A stretch of 64,000 bases of DNA, from assembly GCF_964204645.1 (NCBI RefSeq), contig NC_134031.1, positions 5,084,001-5,148,000 on the forward strand, written 5' to 3'. The translations under genes and the position numbers were made by a program. The stretch is from Tubulanus polymorphus (Eukaryota; Animalia; Nemertea). The stretch's first letter is position 1. Each line of letters begins with the position of its first letter. Shown here one piece after another: positions 37,961 through 46,176 of the stretch. The notes below the pieces were generated by a model. That model was not told the origin of the DNA and made no database searches. It saw only the letters and a list, made by a program, of their open reading frames with translations.

Positions 37961-39208
37961 ATGAGTGGGAGTTATATCAATCCTTCTAAGAATCATAGAA
38001 TATCTAATGCTATTAAAGCAGAAAGATCACATCATATAATTACTCATAACCCTTCAAATATTAATCCCGATGAAACTTTATATGTTAGAATTCCTAGATT
38101 AACACAAAATACTTTTTATGTTCCAAACAGTATTTATTTATCAGCCGATATAAAAGTAATCGGTAATAATAATAATTATGTCGTTGATAATGTTGGAAGA
38201 TATTTGATTAAAAAGTTAACAATAAAGATTGGTCCAGAAACAGTTTTCTCATTAGATGATTATAATTTATTTTCACATTATAAAGATTTATGGTTAACTA
38301 AAGAAAATAGAAATAATATGATATTTCAAGGAATTCAATCAGAAAACCAAAATAAATTAAGATCAGAAGCTAATAGCGCAATATTAACTAATGATGTAGA
38401 TAAATTGATAAAAAGTATATATGGAAGCAAATATAAAATTCCATTAGACTTTGAATTGATAAATAATAATGCACCTTTATATAAATACGCAATTCAAGAA
38501 GATATTATATTTGAGATAATATTTGCTCCTGTAAATGAAATTGTATTATCTAGTGTTAATAAAGATATGAGTTATAAATTATCGAATATATGTTTAGAAT
38601 ATGATACAGTAACTGATGAAAATATTTCAAGTATAATTCAAACTCAATACAATCAAGGGTTTTCATTATTATATGATTCTATTGATAAATTTAAAACTGT
38701 AACTATTAATGCAAATGATGAAATAATTAACGAGAATATTAACTTCCCAAGAAGATCTATTAAAGGTATATTAATATTTTTTACCATTGGAACGTATACT
38801 AATGGCGCAATAAATGTTGACAATTATTATAATCCTGAAATAACAAAAGTAGAAATAACTATCGAAGGTATAGCAAATAAAATATTTTGTCAAGGAATGA
38901 GAATGATTGATCAATGGCCAGAAATTAGAAAACATTTTATGAATGAAAAAGTGAAATCATCTGAAAATTGTAACATTAATCAAATTGATTATTATACCGG
39001 TAATAAATATGCATTATGGTTAGATTTTAGAACAACTGAAGATAACTTATTACATGGTTCTGGAAAAAAACTACAAAATACAAAAGATGGAATACAATTA
39101 TTCATGACAAAGAAAAAGGGAATCAAAAATTTTAAAATGCATATTTATATTATATCTGACGCGCAATTAAATATTGTAAATTCACAATTAGATAGTGTTA
39201 TGTATTAA
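37961..39208 (+). CDS. Probable major capsid protein (double jelly-roll)
   Basis: 415 aa, beta-strand-rich pattern (ETLYVRIP, IYLSADIKV, LIKKLTIKIG, YKLSNICLEYD, IKGILIFF, VEITIEG, YALWLDF, MHIYIISDAQLNI). It is the only soluble ORF of major-capsid size in an element that has a penton and a packaging ATPase. Confidence 0.72.
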   Translation: MSGSYINPSKNHRISNAIKAERSHHIITHNPSNINPDETLYVRIPRLTQNTFYVPNSIYLSADIKVIGNNNNYVVDNVGRYLIKKLTIKIGPETVFSLDDYNLFSHYKDLWLTKENRNNMIFQGIQSENQNKLRSEANSAILTNDVDKLIKSIYGSKYKIPLDFELINNNAPLYKYAIQEDIIFEIIFAPVNEIVLSSVNKDMSYKLSNICLEYDTVTDENISSIIQTQYNQGFSLLYDSIDKFKTVTINANDEIINENINFPRRSIKGILIFFTIGTYTNGAINVDNYYNPEITKVEITIEGIANKIFCQGMRMIDQWPEIRKHFMNEKVKSSENCNINQIDYYTGNKYALWLDFRTTEDNLLHGSGKKLQNTKDGIQLFMTKKKGIKNFKMHIYIISDAQLNIVNSQLDSVMY

Positions 39209-39240
39209 AATTTTAACTTTAATAAAAATATATATAATAA

Positions 39241-40392
39241 ATGGAAGGTGGAATATATGAAATACAATCTCCAAGTGAAATGATATCAGATATATATTAT
39301 ATATTACCTTATGATGAATACAGTAAGCATTTTGGAGATTGCTTTAATCAATTCAAATATAGAATAAGTAAAATAGATAAGAATATTGAAACAAAAAAAG
39401 AAAATAATATTGAACCTAAAATAGAAGATAATATTGAATATAAAATAGAAGATAATATTGAAACTAAAATAGAAGATAGTAATAATATTGAAACTAAAAT
39501 AGAAGATGTAACAGCATCTACATCTTATAATATACCCTCTACATATGATATTGAATCAAAAAAAGATTATAATCAAAAATATTGTGATGTATGTAAGAAA
39601 TATATATCATATAAAAATTGGGCATCACATAAGAAATCAAAGAAACATATAGAAAAAGAAAAGAATAATAATGATAATAATATATCAGTTAGTAATATAA
39701 AAGATAATGTTAACCCAATTGAAACTAATGATACCATAGATAATATAACAGATGATGTAATAAATAATGTTAACCCAATTGAAACTAATGATAATGATAT
39801 AACAGATAATGAAATAATTGATGATTCTAAAAAACATTGTAACATTTGTAATTTAGATATTTCTAAAAGTAATTTTTCTAAACATAAAAAATCTAAGTGG
39901 CACATAGAAAATGAAAAAGAATTAATATGTGATTATTGTAATAAAGAAATTGAACCTGTTGATAAAATTACTCATTATAAATCAAAATTACATCTAATTA
40001 ATGTTTATAAAGATGTGGGTATGTTACCATTGTTAGATGAACCAAAAAAATATATCAAATATTTTAATCCTGAAACTAAACAATATTATATATTCTTTAA
40101 GTTGTTATTTGATAAATTATTAGCTTATGCAGAAGATAATCCTGACCAAATATATAAATTAGCGTATAATGGATACCTAGATTTATTTAATTTAATAAAT
40201 GATTTTGAATTTGATTTTGATGGTGATAATTCATATGATTACTTTGAAAAATTAAGAATAAAAGCTGGATTAAGTGATGATGAACGTAGAATGAAGGGTG
40301 AAATAGAATTAATAAATATGCCAAAGACTTCTGATGAATTTGATATAAACAAAGATGATTTTATAAATGTATTAGAAACAAAATTAGAATAA
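39241..40392 (+). CDS. Multi-zinc-finger protein with low-complexity repeats
   Basis: Three CxxC-x~12-H-x5-H fingers (CDVC..HKKSKKH, CNIC..HKKSKWH, CDYC..HYKSKLH), plus IExKIEDN and NVNPIETND repeats. Confidence 0.78.
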   Translation: MEGGIYEIQSPSEMISDIYYILPYDEYSKHFGDCFNQFKYRISKIDKNIETKKENNIEPKIEDNIEYKIEDNIETKIEDSNNIETKIEDVTASTSYNIPSTYDIESKKDYNQKYCDVCKKYISYKNWASHKKSKKHIEKEKNNNDNNISVSNIKDNVNPIETNDTIDNITDDVINNVNPIETNDNDITDNEIIDDSKKHCNICNLDISKSNFSKHKKSKWHIENEKELICDYCNKEIEPVDKITHYKSKLHLINVYKDVGMLPLLDEPKKYIKYFNPETKQYYIFFKLLFDKLLAYAEDNPDQIYKLAYNGYLDLFNLINDFEFDFDGDNSYDYFEKLRIKAGLSDDERRMKGEIELINMPKTSDEFDINKDDFINVLETKLE

Positions 40393-40425
40393 TTATTATA
40401 AAACTATTTATATATCTATAAAAAT

Positions 40426-40743
40426 ATTTATATATCTATGCACTAGACGTACGAGTAAGAAAGTAAGAATCCAAGAATCCTTGCCAAGAAATATAAATTA
40501 TAAACATAAATTATAAATATAAATTATAAATATAAATTATAAACATAAATTATAAAAATAAATTATAAACATAAATTATAAACATAGTTTTAATATATGA
40601 TTTATTCATTATTATATATTTCATTTAATAATTCATATTTCTATGGACTAGACGTACGTAAGAATCCAAGATTCTTGCCAAGAAAGTAAAAAGGTAAGAA
40701 TCTTACTTTCTTACTCGTACGTCTAGTACATAGATATATAAAT
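40426..40743. repeat. Inverted repeat (~46-bp arms) enclosing a 12-bp AT-rich tandem array, at the convergence of the two gene blocks
   Basis: 40426-40471 ATTTATATATCTATGCACTAGACGTACGAGTAAGAAAGTAAGAATC pairs with 40698-40743. (ATAAATTATAAA[C/T])n lies at ~40492-40585. Confidence 0.85.
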
Positions 40744-40772
40744 TAGTTTCTATAATATTCCAAATTAGGATT

Positions 40773-41389
40773 TTATTTTATAAATTTATATTCATATGGA
40801 AATTGTAATCTCATAAGTAATTTGGAACCTTTCTTATTTTTTAATTTATTCATATATTCATCATGTAATTCAGGAGGTATAATTTGATTTTCTTCCGATG
40901 ATTGTTGCATAGATTTTCTATCTTTGTTGTAGAATAAAACTAGAAATCTTATATTCTCCCTAAAGTCTTTAACAATTGAATTATATTTTTGATTTAAAAC
41001 CCATGTTGTTATCCCAAAATGTCTACCAGAGAAAGCTAAATAACATAACTCACTTTCTCTAATTTTAGAATCATGTAAATTTGCGCAATCATCGATAATA
41101 AGTAATGTATTAGATCCTTTATAAATATCAATTGCTATTTTTATACAATTATCTAAATTATCTTTCACTGTTTTAGAATTTAATATAATAAACTTTTTAT
41201 CTTTAAAAACTATATCTCTATTATACGTTTCATTCATTTCATAAGTTGGGCAGAATAATATTATATTATCAAAATGATTTTTATAAATAGTTTCTAATAA
41301 ATCTAATATGAAGTGTGTTTTACCACAATTCGTAACTCCAGTAACTAACATATATTATGTGGTTCAAATATAAACAAATCTTTATTCAT
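40773..41389 (-). CDS. A32/FtsK-like genome-packaging ATPase; the first 12 codons are out of frame by 2 nt
   Basis: Walker A GVTNCGKT, Walker B LLIIDD and the SGRH motif. Upstream MNKDLFIFEPHN (ATG 41389, TAAATG context) is separated from MLVTG (41351) by an extra AT. Confidence 0.9.
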
Positions 41390-42467
41390 TTATTCTTTTA
41401 ATTTTACTAGATAAAATCCATTCATTAAATTTATCATCATATCCTTTATATTTCACCAGAGAATATTTCTTACCGCGTAATGTTTTAGTTTTTAATACCT
41501 TTTCTATTTTGTATTCTATTTCATCTGGATTTGGTACTAATGATAATTCTTGTTCATAAAAATAACCTAATATTTCTTCATCTTTTAAATCAAACAATTT
41601 ATAAACAAATGGTTTAGTTAATATTATCTTTTTAATTTCAAATATTTCTTCAGTAAAATTAGGGGTATAACCTTTATAAAATGTTTTTCGATATTTAGAA
41701 ATTCTAACATGTTGTCCTATTTTAAATTTAGGTTCTCCAAAATCATGTGTAACAAATGCTCCATATAAATTATTCCAAACTATTTCTGAATTTTCTTCTT
41801 TTCTAGCTTGTATAGGTTTCATATTTATAGAACTATGTTTAGAATTATTATAACCTTTAACTAAATCATCTAACACATCGATATATTTATATGTTTCATT
41901 AGCGGTGAAATATTTCCACATTCTAGTTTTCAATGTTTTATTAAATCTTTCTATAACAGATGCTTTTTTATCTGAATGTGTTGAAAAATATTCTACATCG
42001 TTATCAGTTAATAGTTTTTTAAAATGTTTGTTATAAAATTCTTTACCTTCATCAAATTGTATTTTATCTGGGATAGCTTCTTTAAATATTAATTTGAAAG
42101 AATTTGTAACTTCTATACCAGTTTTATTTTTAATCGGGATACTCCATGCGTATCTACTGAATATATCTATAACATTTAGTATCCAAAAATATCCTTTGTT
42201 ATATTCTTCTAAGTTTTTCATATCAATTAAATCAGCTTGCCATTGTTGGTCAATACATGAAACCATTACTTTTCTTGTTAAATATTTTTTATCCATCTTT
42301 TTATGAATTTGATATGTGGGTTGATTTTGTAACCATGATTTCAATTCACTATATTTTATATTGCTATTATCAGATTTAATTTTATTCCATAATTCTGAAA
42401 CGTTAGAATATGATACTTCACTTTCTGGGTTATAATATAAATCTCTTAAATATTGTTCTTTTTTCAT
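41382..42467 (-). CDS. Retroviral-like (rve) integrase with C-terminal chromodomain
   Basis: DDE motifs WQADLID, IQFDEGKEF and VIERFNKTLK; KGYTPNFTEEIF; chromodomain YKIEKVLK..YSLVKYKGYDDKFNEWI. Confidence 0.95.
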   Translation of the reverse strand: MKKEQYLRDLYYNPESEVSYSNVSELWNKIKSDNSNIKYSELKSWLQNQPTYQIHKKMDKKYLTRKVMVSCIDQQWQADLIDMKNLEEYNKGYFWILNVIDIFSRYAWSIPIKNKTGIEVTNSFKLIFKEAIPDKIQFDEGKEFYNKHFKKLLTDNDVEYFSTHSDKKASVIERFNKTLKTRMWKYFTANETYKYIDVLDDLVKGYNNSKHSSINMKPIQARKEENSEIVWNNLYGAFVTHDFGEPKFKIGQHVRISKYRKTFYKGYTPNFTEEIFEIKKIILTKPFVYKLFDLKDEEILGYFYEQELSLVPNPDEIEYKIEKVLKTKTLRGKKYSLVKYKGYDDKFNEWILSSKIKRINE

Positions 42468-42473
42468 CTTATT

Positions 42474-42833
42474 TTAATCCATTAATAATAATTTAGATTT
42501 AGTTTCAATGGCTTTATGATTTGACTTATTTTCTGGTATAATAGGTTTATCATCATCGGAATCATATTTATCATCAGATTTAAATTTTGATTTATATATT
42601 ACACCGGATAATATAATAACTGTTACTAATCCAATTGTAATATATAATTTATAATTACTTCCAGCATTAGAAGAATCAGATGGATTATTATTTGAATCAA
42701 TATCAGGTGATTCATTTATATCAGTTAATTTCTTTTTCTTAGCTTTTTTTAATTCTGATGATCTTTTACCTAATTCTCTTGCCAATTTAATTTGTTTCTC
42801 AGATCTAGGCTTTTTCTTAACTCCATCACTCAT
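42474..42833 (-). CDS. Single-pass membrane protein with a basic N-terminus (119 aa)
   Basis: TM LYITIGLVTVIILSGVIY and a Lys/Arg-rich N-terminus. Confidence 0.7.
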   Translation of the reverse strand: MSDGVKKKPRSEKQIKLARELGKRSSELKKAKKKKLTDINESPDIDSNNNPSDSSNAGSNYKLYITIGLVTVIILSGVIYKSKFKSDDKYDSDDDKPIIPENKSNHKAIETKSKLLLMD

Positions 42834-43427
42834 TTATTTTAGTTAATTTTTGTTTTGATTCATTTTCTGTTTCACTGTTTGGTTGTAGTACATCTGTTTC
42901 GTTCTTACCTGATTTATATTCCATAGGCTTGATGTTCGAAAATGTTATGACACCAGTAGAAATCAACGTCATAACCGATCCTAATTGAAATGAAGCATAA
43001 CCGACCCATTTTTGTAATTCAGTCATAACTAAATAGTCATTTTTCAAATCATTATATAATTTATTTTCATCATCAATTGGTATTAACTGGTTACATAATT
43101 TTGAATAACATTTGACAATACCATTCGAAATAGAATCATTTATTTTAGATAATCTTGCCTCTTCATAAATCTTAAAATATTTTTTACTTTATCGGGTTTC
43201 ATAGCATCTAATTCTTGAAAAGTAATAGTCTTAGTTAAAAACTCTTTAGTTTTTCCACCAGCAATCAATAGTTCTAGATGATGCTTACAATATAAATAGT
43301 ATTCATAATCTATATTGTTATTAACTTGAATAGAATTAGAAACAACTGTATCTTTATTATCACTAATACCTAAATCATCTAATGTTTTTTCAATATCAAT
43401 ACTATTCTTATTAGATTTCTTTGACAT
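42826..43427 (-). pseudogene. ~200-aa viral gene split by a 1-bp deletion in an A6 run (joins ORFs 43140-43427 and 42826-43047)
   Basis: Adding one A at 43180-43185 gives the continuous ..PDKVKKYFKIYEEARLSKINDSISNGIVKCYSKLCNQLIPIDDENKLYNDLKNDYLVMTELQKW.. with a hydrophobic C-terminal segment. Confidence 0.75.
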
Positions 43428-43759
43428 TTATATTAGAGAAAAAGAGCAAAAAAAATATTATAAGTATTCTTCAAATGATACTAGATAGTAAAAGTTAAAG
43501 AACTCTAGTATTGACTACTGATACTAGCTATTTGAATTTAAAGAATTTCTATTCGGATCTATTCAAAATATAAAGTATTCTCTTTTTGAAAAGAAAATAT
43601 TAAAAATATAATAGAATTCACTAGCTAGTTGAAGTTACTGTTTTTTTATTATATTTTATTTAAATTCTATTTGATATCTCACTACTATTGTCTATCACTG
43701 TGTGGGTGCTGTTTATGGCACCATCTATTAGGAGCAGTAACTATAACTGTCCAGATAAG

Positions 43760-44434
43760 TCATTTCGGATCCTTGATATCAAATTCCTCAACGTATCGTT
43801 CATTATTTGGATTATTATTCCATTGATCAATAAATGTCTTTGCCTTTGTTAACTGTTCTAAATATAACTGTAAATCTAGTTTATTAGATTTGATTTGATT
43901 TTCTTTCTTTTCTAAAGGTCTTAAATTTTTCCAACCCCAAATAAGTTTTTTATTGTATTCATCATTCATGTTAAATTTAGATATTGGTAACACGTGATCA
44001 ATATGGTAATAATCCCCATAATTATCTATATTCATTTTATCATCGAATTGAAATATAATCCATGATTTGAGAAATTCATCTGAACAACCCAATAGATTAG
44101 ATAGTGTTTCTGAATGTGTTTCTTTGTTGAATAATTGTGTTAATCTAGACCTTAAGCATTGTTTCAATCTAAAATTAAGATCTGTTTGATATCTTTCTCT
44201 CATATATTTTGTCATATAATAATTATAATGTTCTATATTATCTTCTCGATATTGTTTGGTATATAGTTTAGTACAAGTTTTACAACAATATTGAAAACCA
44301 TCTTTGCTAATCTTACGCTTACTAAATTCTGTTAATGATTTATTTAATTCACATTTAGAACACTTTTTGTAATATATGTTTATAACGCCAGTGTTATTTG
44401 TAATATTGATAATTTGTGGTTGTTCTGGTTCCAT
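43760..44434 (-). CDS. HNH-type endonuclease with N-terminal CxxC/CxxC zinc finger (large-DNA-virus/phage style)
   Basis: KKCSKC..EFSKRKISKDG..CKTC; LLGCS..LKSWI..QF..MNIDNYG; YHIDHVLP; NLRPLEKKENQIKSNK. Confidence 0.78.
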   Translation of the reverse strand: MEPEQPQIINITNNTGVINIYYKKCSKCELNKSLTEFSKRKISKDGFQYCCKTCTKLYTKQYREDNIEHYNYYMTKYMRERYQTDLNFRLKQCLRSRLTQLFNKETHSETLSNLLGCSDEFLKSWIIFQFDDKMNIDNYGDYYHIDHVLPISKFNMNDEYNKKLIWGWKNLRPLEKKENQIKSNKLDLQLYLEQLTKAKTFIDQWNNNPNNERYVEEFDIKDPK

Positions 44435-44568
44435 TTATTATACGTATTTTTTTACTAAATTGGTTAATATTTTAGAATCCTCTTCGATTTCTTCAATCAA
44501 CGTCATCCTTTTTCATTCTTCGCTGCTTTTGATAAATTCTTTCGATTCCTTGATATCTAAATAATACC

Positions 44569-44888
44569 ACTGGGCAAAAACGCTCGGGTGAGAGCGAGTT
44601 GGCTTCTGCGCATGTGTTAATCCTAATTATATATTCATTCTATAAATTCTGTAAAATAGAAACGACCGACATAAAATATCAAAACGTGTTCGCACTAGGC
44701 AAAACCGCTCTATTAGGAGCGTTTTTGCTTAATGCGCATGCGCTAATTATAATTATATATTTATTATTGAAACGACCGAACATAAAAATTCAAACACATG
44801 TGCACTAGGTAAAACCGCTCTTATAGTAGCGTTTTTGCTTAATGCGCATGCGCTAATCATTATTGAAACGACTGAACATAAAAATTCA
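44569..44888. repeat. ~110-bp direct repeats (about 3 units) with small hairpins and TGCGCATGCG palindromes
   Basis: GCACTAGG.AAAACCGCTC..AGCGTTTTTGCTTAATGCGCATGCGCTAAT occurs at ~44692 and ~44802, with a diverged unit at ~44569. GAAACGAC.GA(A)CATAAAA occurs three times. Confidence 0.8.
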
Positions 44889-45576
44889 CAAATCAGATTT
44901 ACACAATACATTATACAAGTTGTTCAGTCATTTCTTCCAATACATCATTTGATTTCTATAAATACAATTTATAATTACAAACATTTTTTCAATTGCTGGT
45001 AAATATTTAACTACATCAACAAATGTTAAACTTAATCATTGGAGTCTTAATGTTTTTGAAATTATTATATTTCTTCTTCGATCTTTTGGTGATTCTATTG
45101 GTTCGATATCCATTGCTGTTGATTCCTCTGTCAGAAAGAGTATCTTGAGTTTCTTTATCGCTTCTTGATGTGTATGACGTTTTATTAATCTAAAAGATAT
45201 TAGCGGTAACTCTAACCATCTAAAATATATACTAAATACACTTAAATATATCTAAAGGTTTCGTATTTAATAGCCTTAATAACTACAACAAACAGTACTT
45301 ACATTTAGATTTATAATTGTAAACTATAAACTCCTAATTTCGTTTCGAAAGATAGAATATCCTGAGCACAATATTACAGCGTATGTCCATTTCTGGGGTG
45401 ATTTCTAGAATGACACGTCGTTGATTATGCCACGTCATCTAGTTCCGGTTCTAGAATTTTCTCTCTCTGCACATTTGTAATAATGATTCATAATATCTCG
45501 GCGTCATAGTAACAGCTGTAACAGCTGTGAATTTATAGATTTATTCCATAGCTCTGTATATTGAATGTATATAGGC

Positions 45577-45828
45577 TCAAATAGAATCATGTTCTAGTAT
45601 AAACATCTGATCCTTGATATCAAATTCCTCAACGTATTGTTCATTATTTGGATCATTATTCCATAATTCAATAAATTTCTTTCCCTTTGTTACATGTTCT
45701 GAATATAACTGTAAATATTCTAGTTTCAATTTATTCTCTAAATGTGTTCTAGTTTTATTGTGTCTTGCTTTTTGAGACTTATCTATACTTATCTTACATG
45801 TTGGGCAGTAGTATTTATTTGCTTCCAT
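45577..45828 (-). CDS. Chimeric small ORF: pPolB N-terminal zinc finger (from the TIR) fused to a copy of the HNH protein C-terminus
   Basis: Residues 1-38 match pPolB 1-38. LQLYSEHVTKGKKFIELWNNDPNNEQYVEEFDIKD matches the 43760 ORF tail LQLYLEQLTKAKTFIDQWNNNPNNERYVEEFDIKD. Confidence 0.6.
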   Translation of the reverse strand: MEANKYYCPTCKISIDKSQKARHNKTRTHLENKLKLEYLQLYSEHVTKGKKFIELWNNDPNNEQYVEEFDIKDQMFILEHDSI

Positions 45829-46176
45829 TTTAATACTATATTTTTTATTAAAATTGATTTTAGAAGTTCAATGATTTAAATGTTATTCATATATATGAAT
45901 ATTTTAAGAGTAATAGGGGTAATAGGCTTTCGGGTTAAAGGTTGAACGGGCGGGTGAGTAAAAAATGAAAAACATAAAAATAATTACAATTTCTACTTGA
46001 ATTAGGAGTGAAACTCATAAAAATGAAAAATAAATTCGAGCGTGTGAGAATTTATTTTTCATTTTTATGAGTTTCGCGAGTAATTCAAGTAGAAATTGTT
46101 ATTATTTTTATGTTTTTCATTTTTTACGAGCTCGACCGTTCGACCTTTGATCTGAAAGCCTATTACCCCTATTACT
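45715..46176 (-). repeat. Right TIR (outer ~45909-46176 is an imperfect palindrome)
   Basis: Near-identical reverse complement of 27979-28438. Confidence 0.93.

Larger units (their letters stand above)
27979..46176. mobile_element. Maverick/Polinton (polintovirus/adintovirus-like) endogenous element, 18,198 bp
   Basis: Termini read 5'-AGTAATAGGGG...CCCCTATTACT-3' with ~460-bp TIRs. It carries pPolB, rve integrase, an A32-like ATPase and capsid genes. The genes are intronless and densely packed, and the DNA is much more AT-rich than the flanks. Confidence 0.96.

Noticed and set aside
36434-39905. Antisense ORFs inside the Maverick (36434, 36731, 37370, 39573; also 31695, 32104, 34692, 42094)
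   Set aside because: They are shadows of A-rich sense genes and lack the element's start context.
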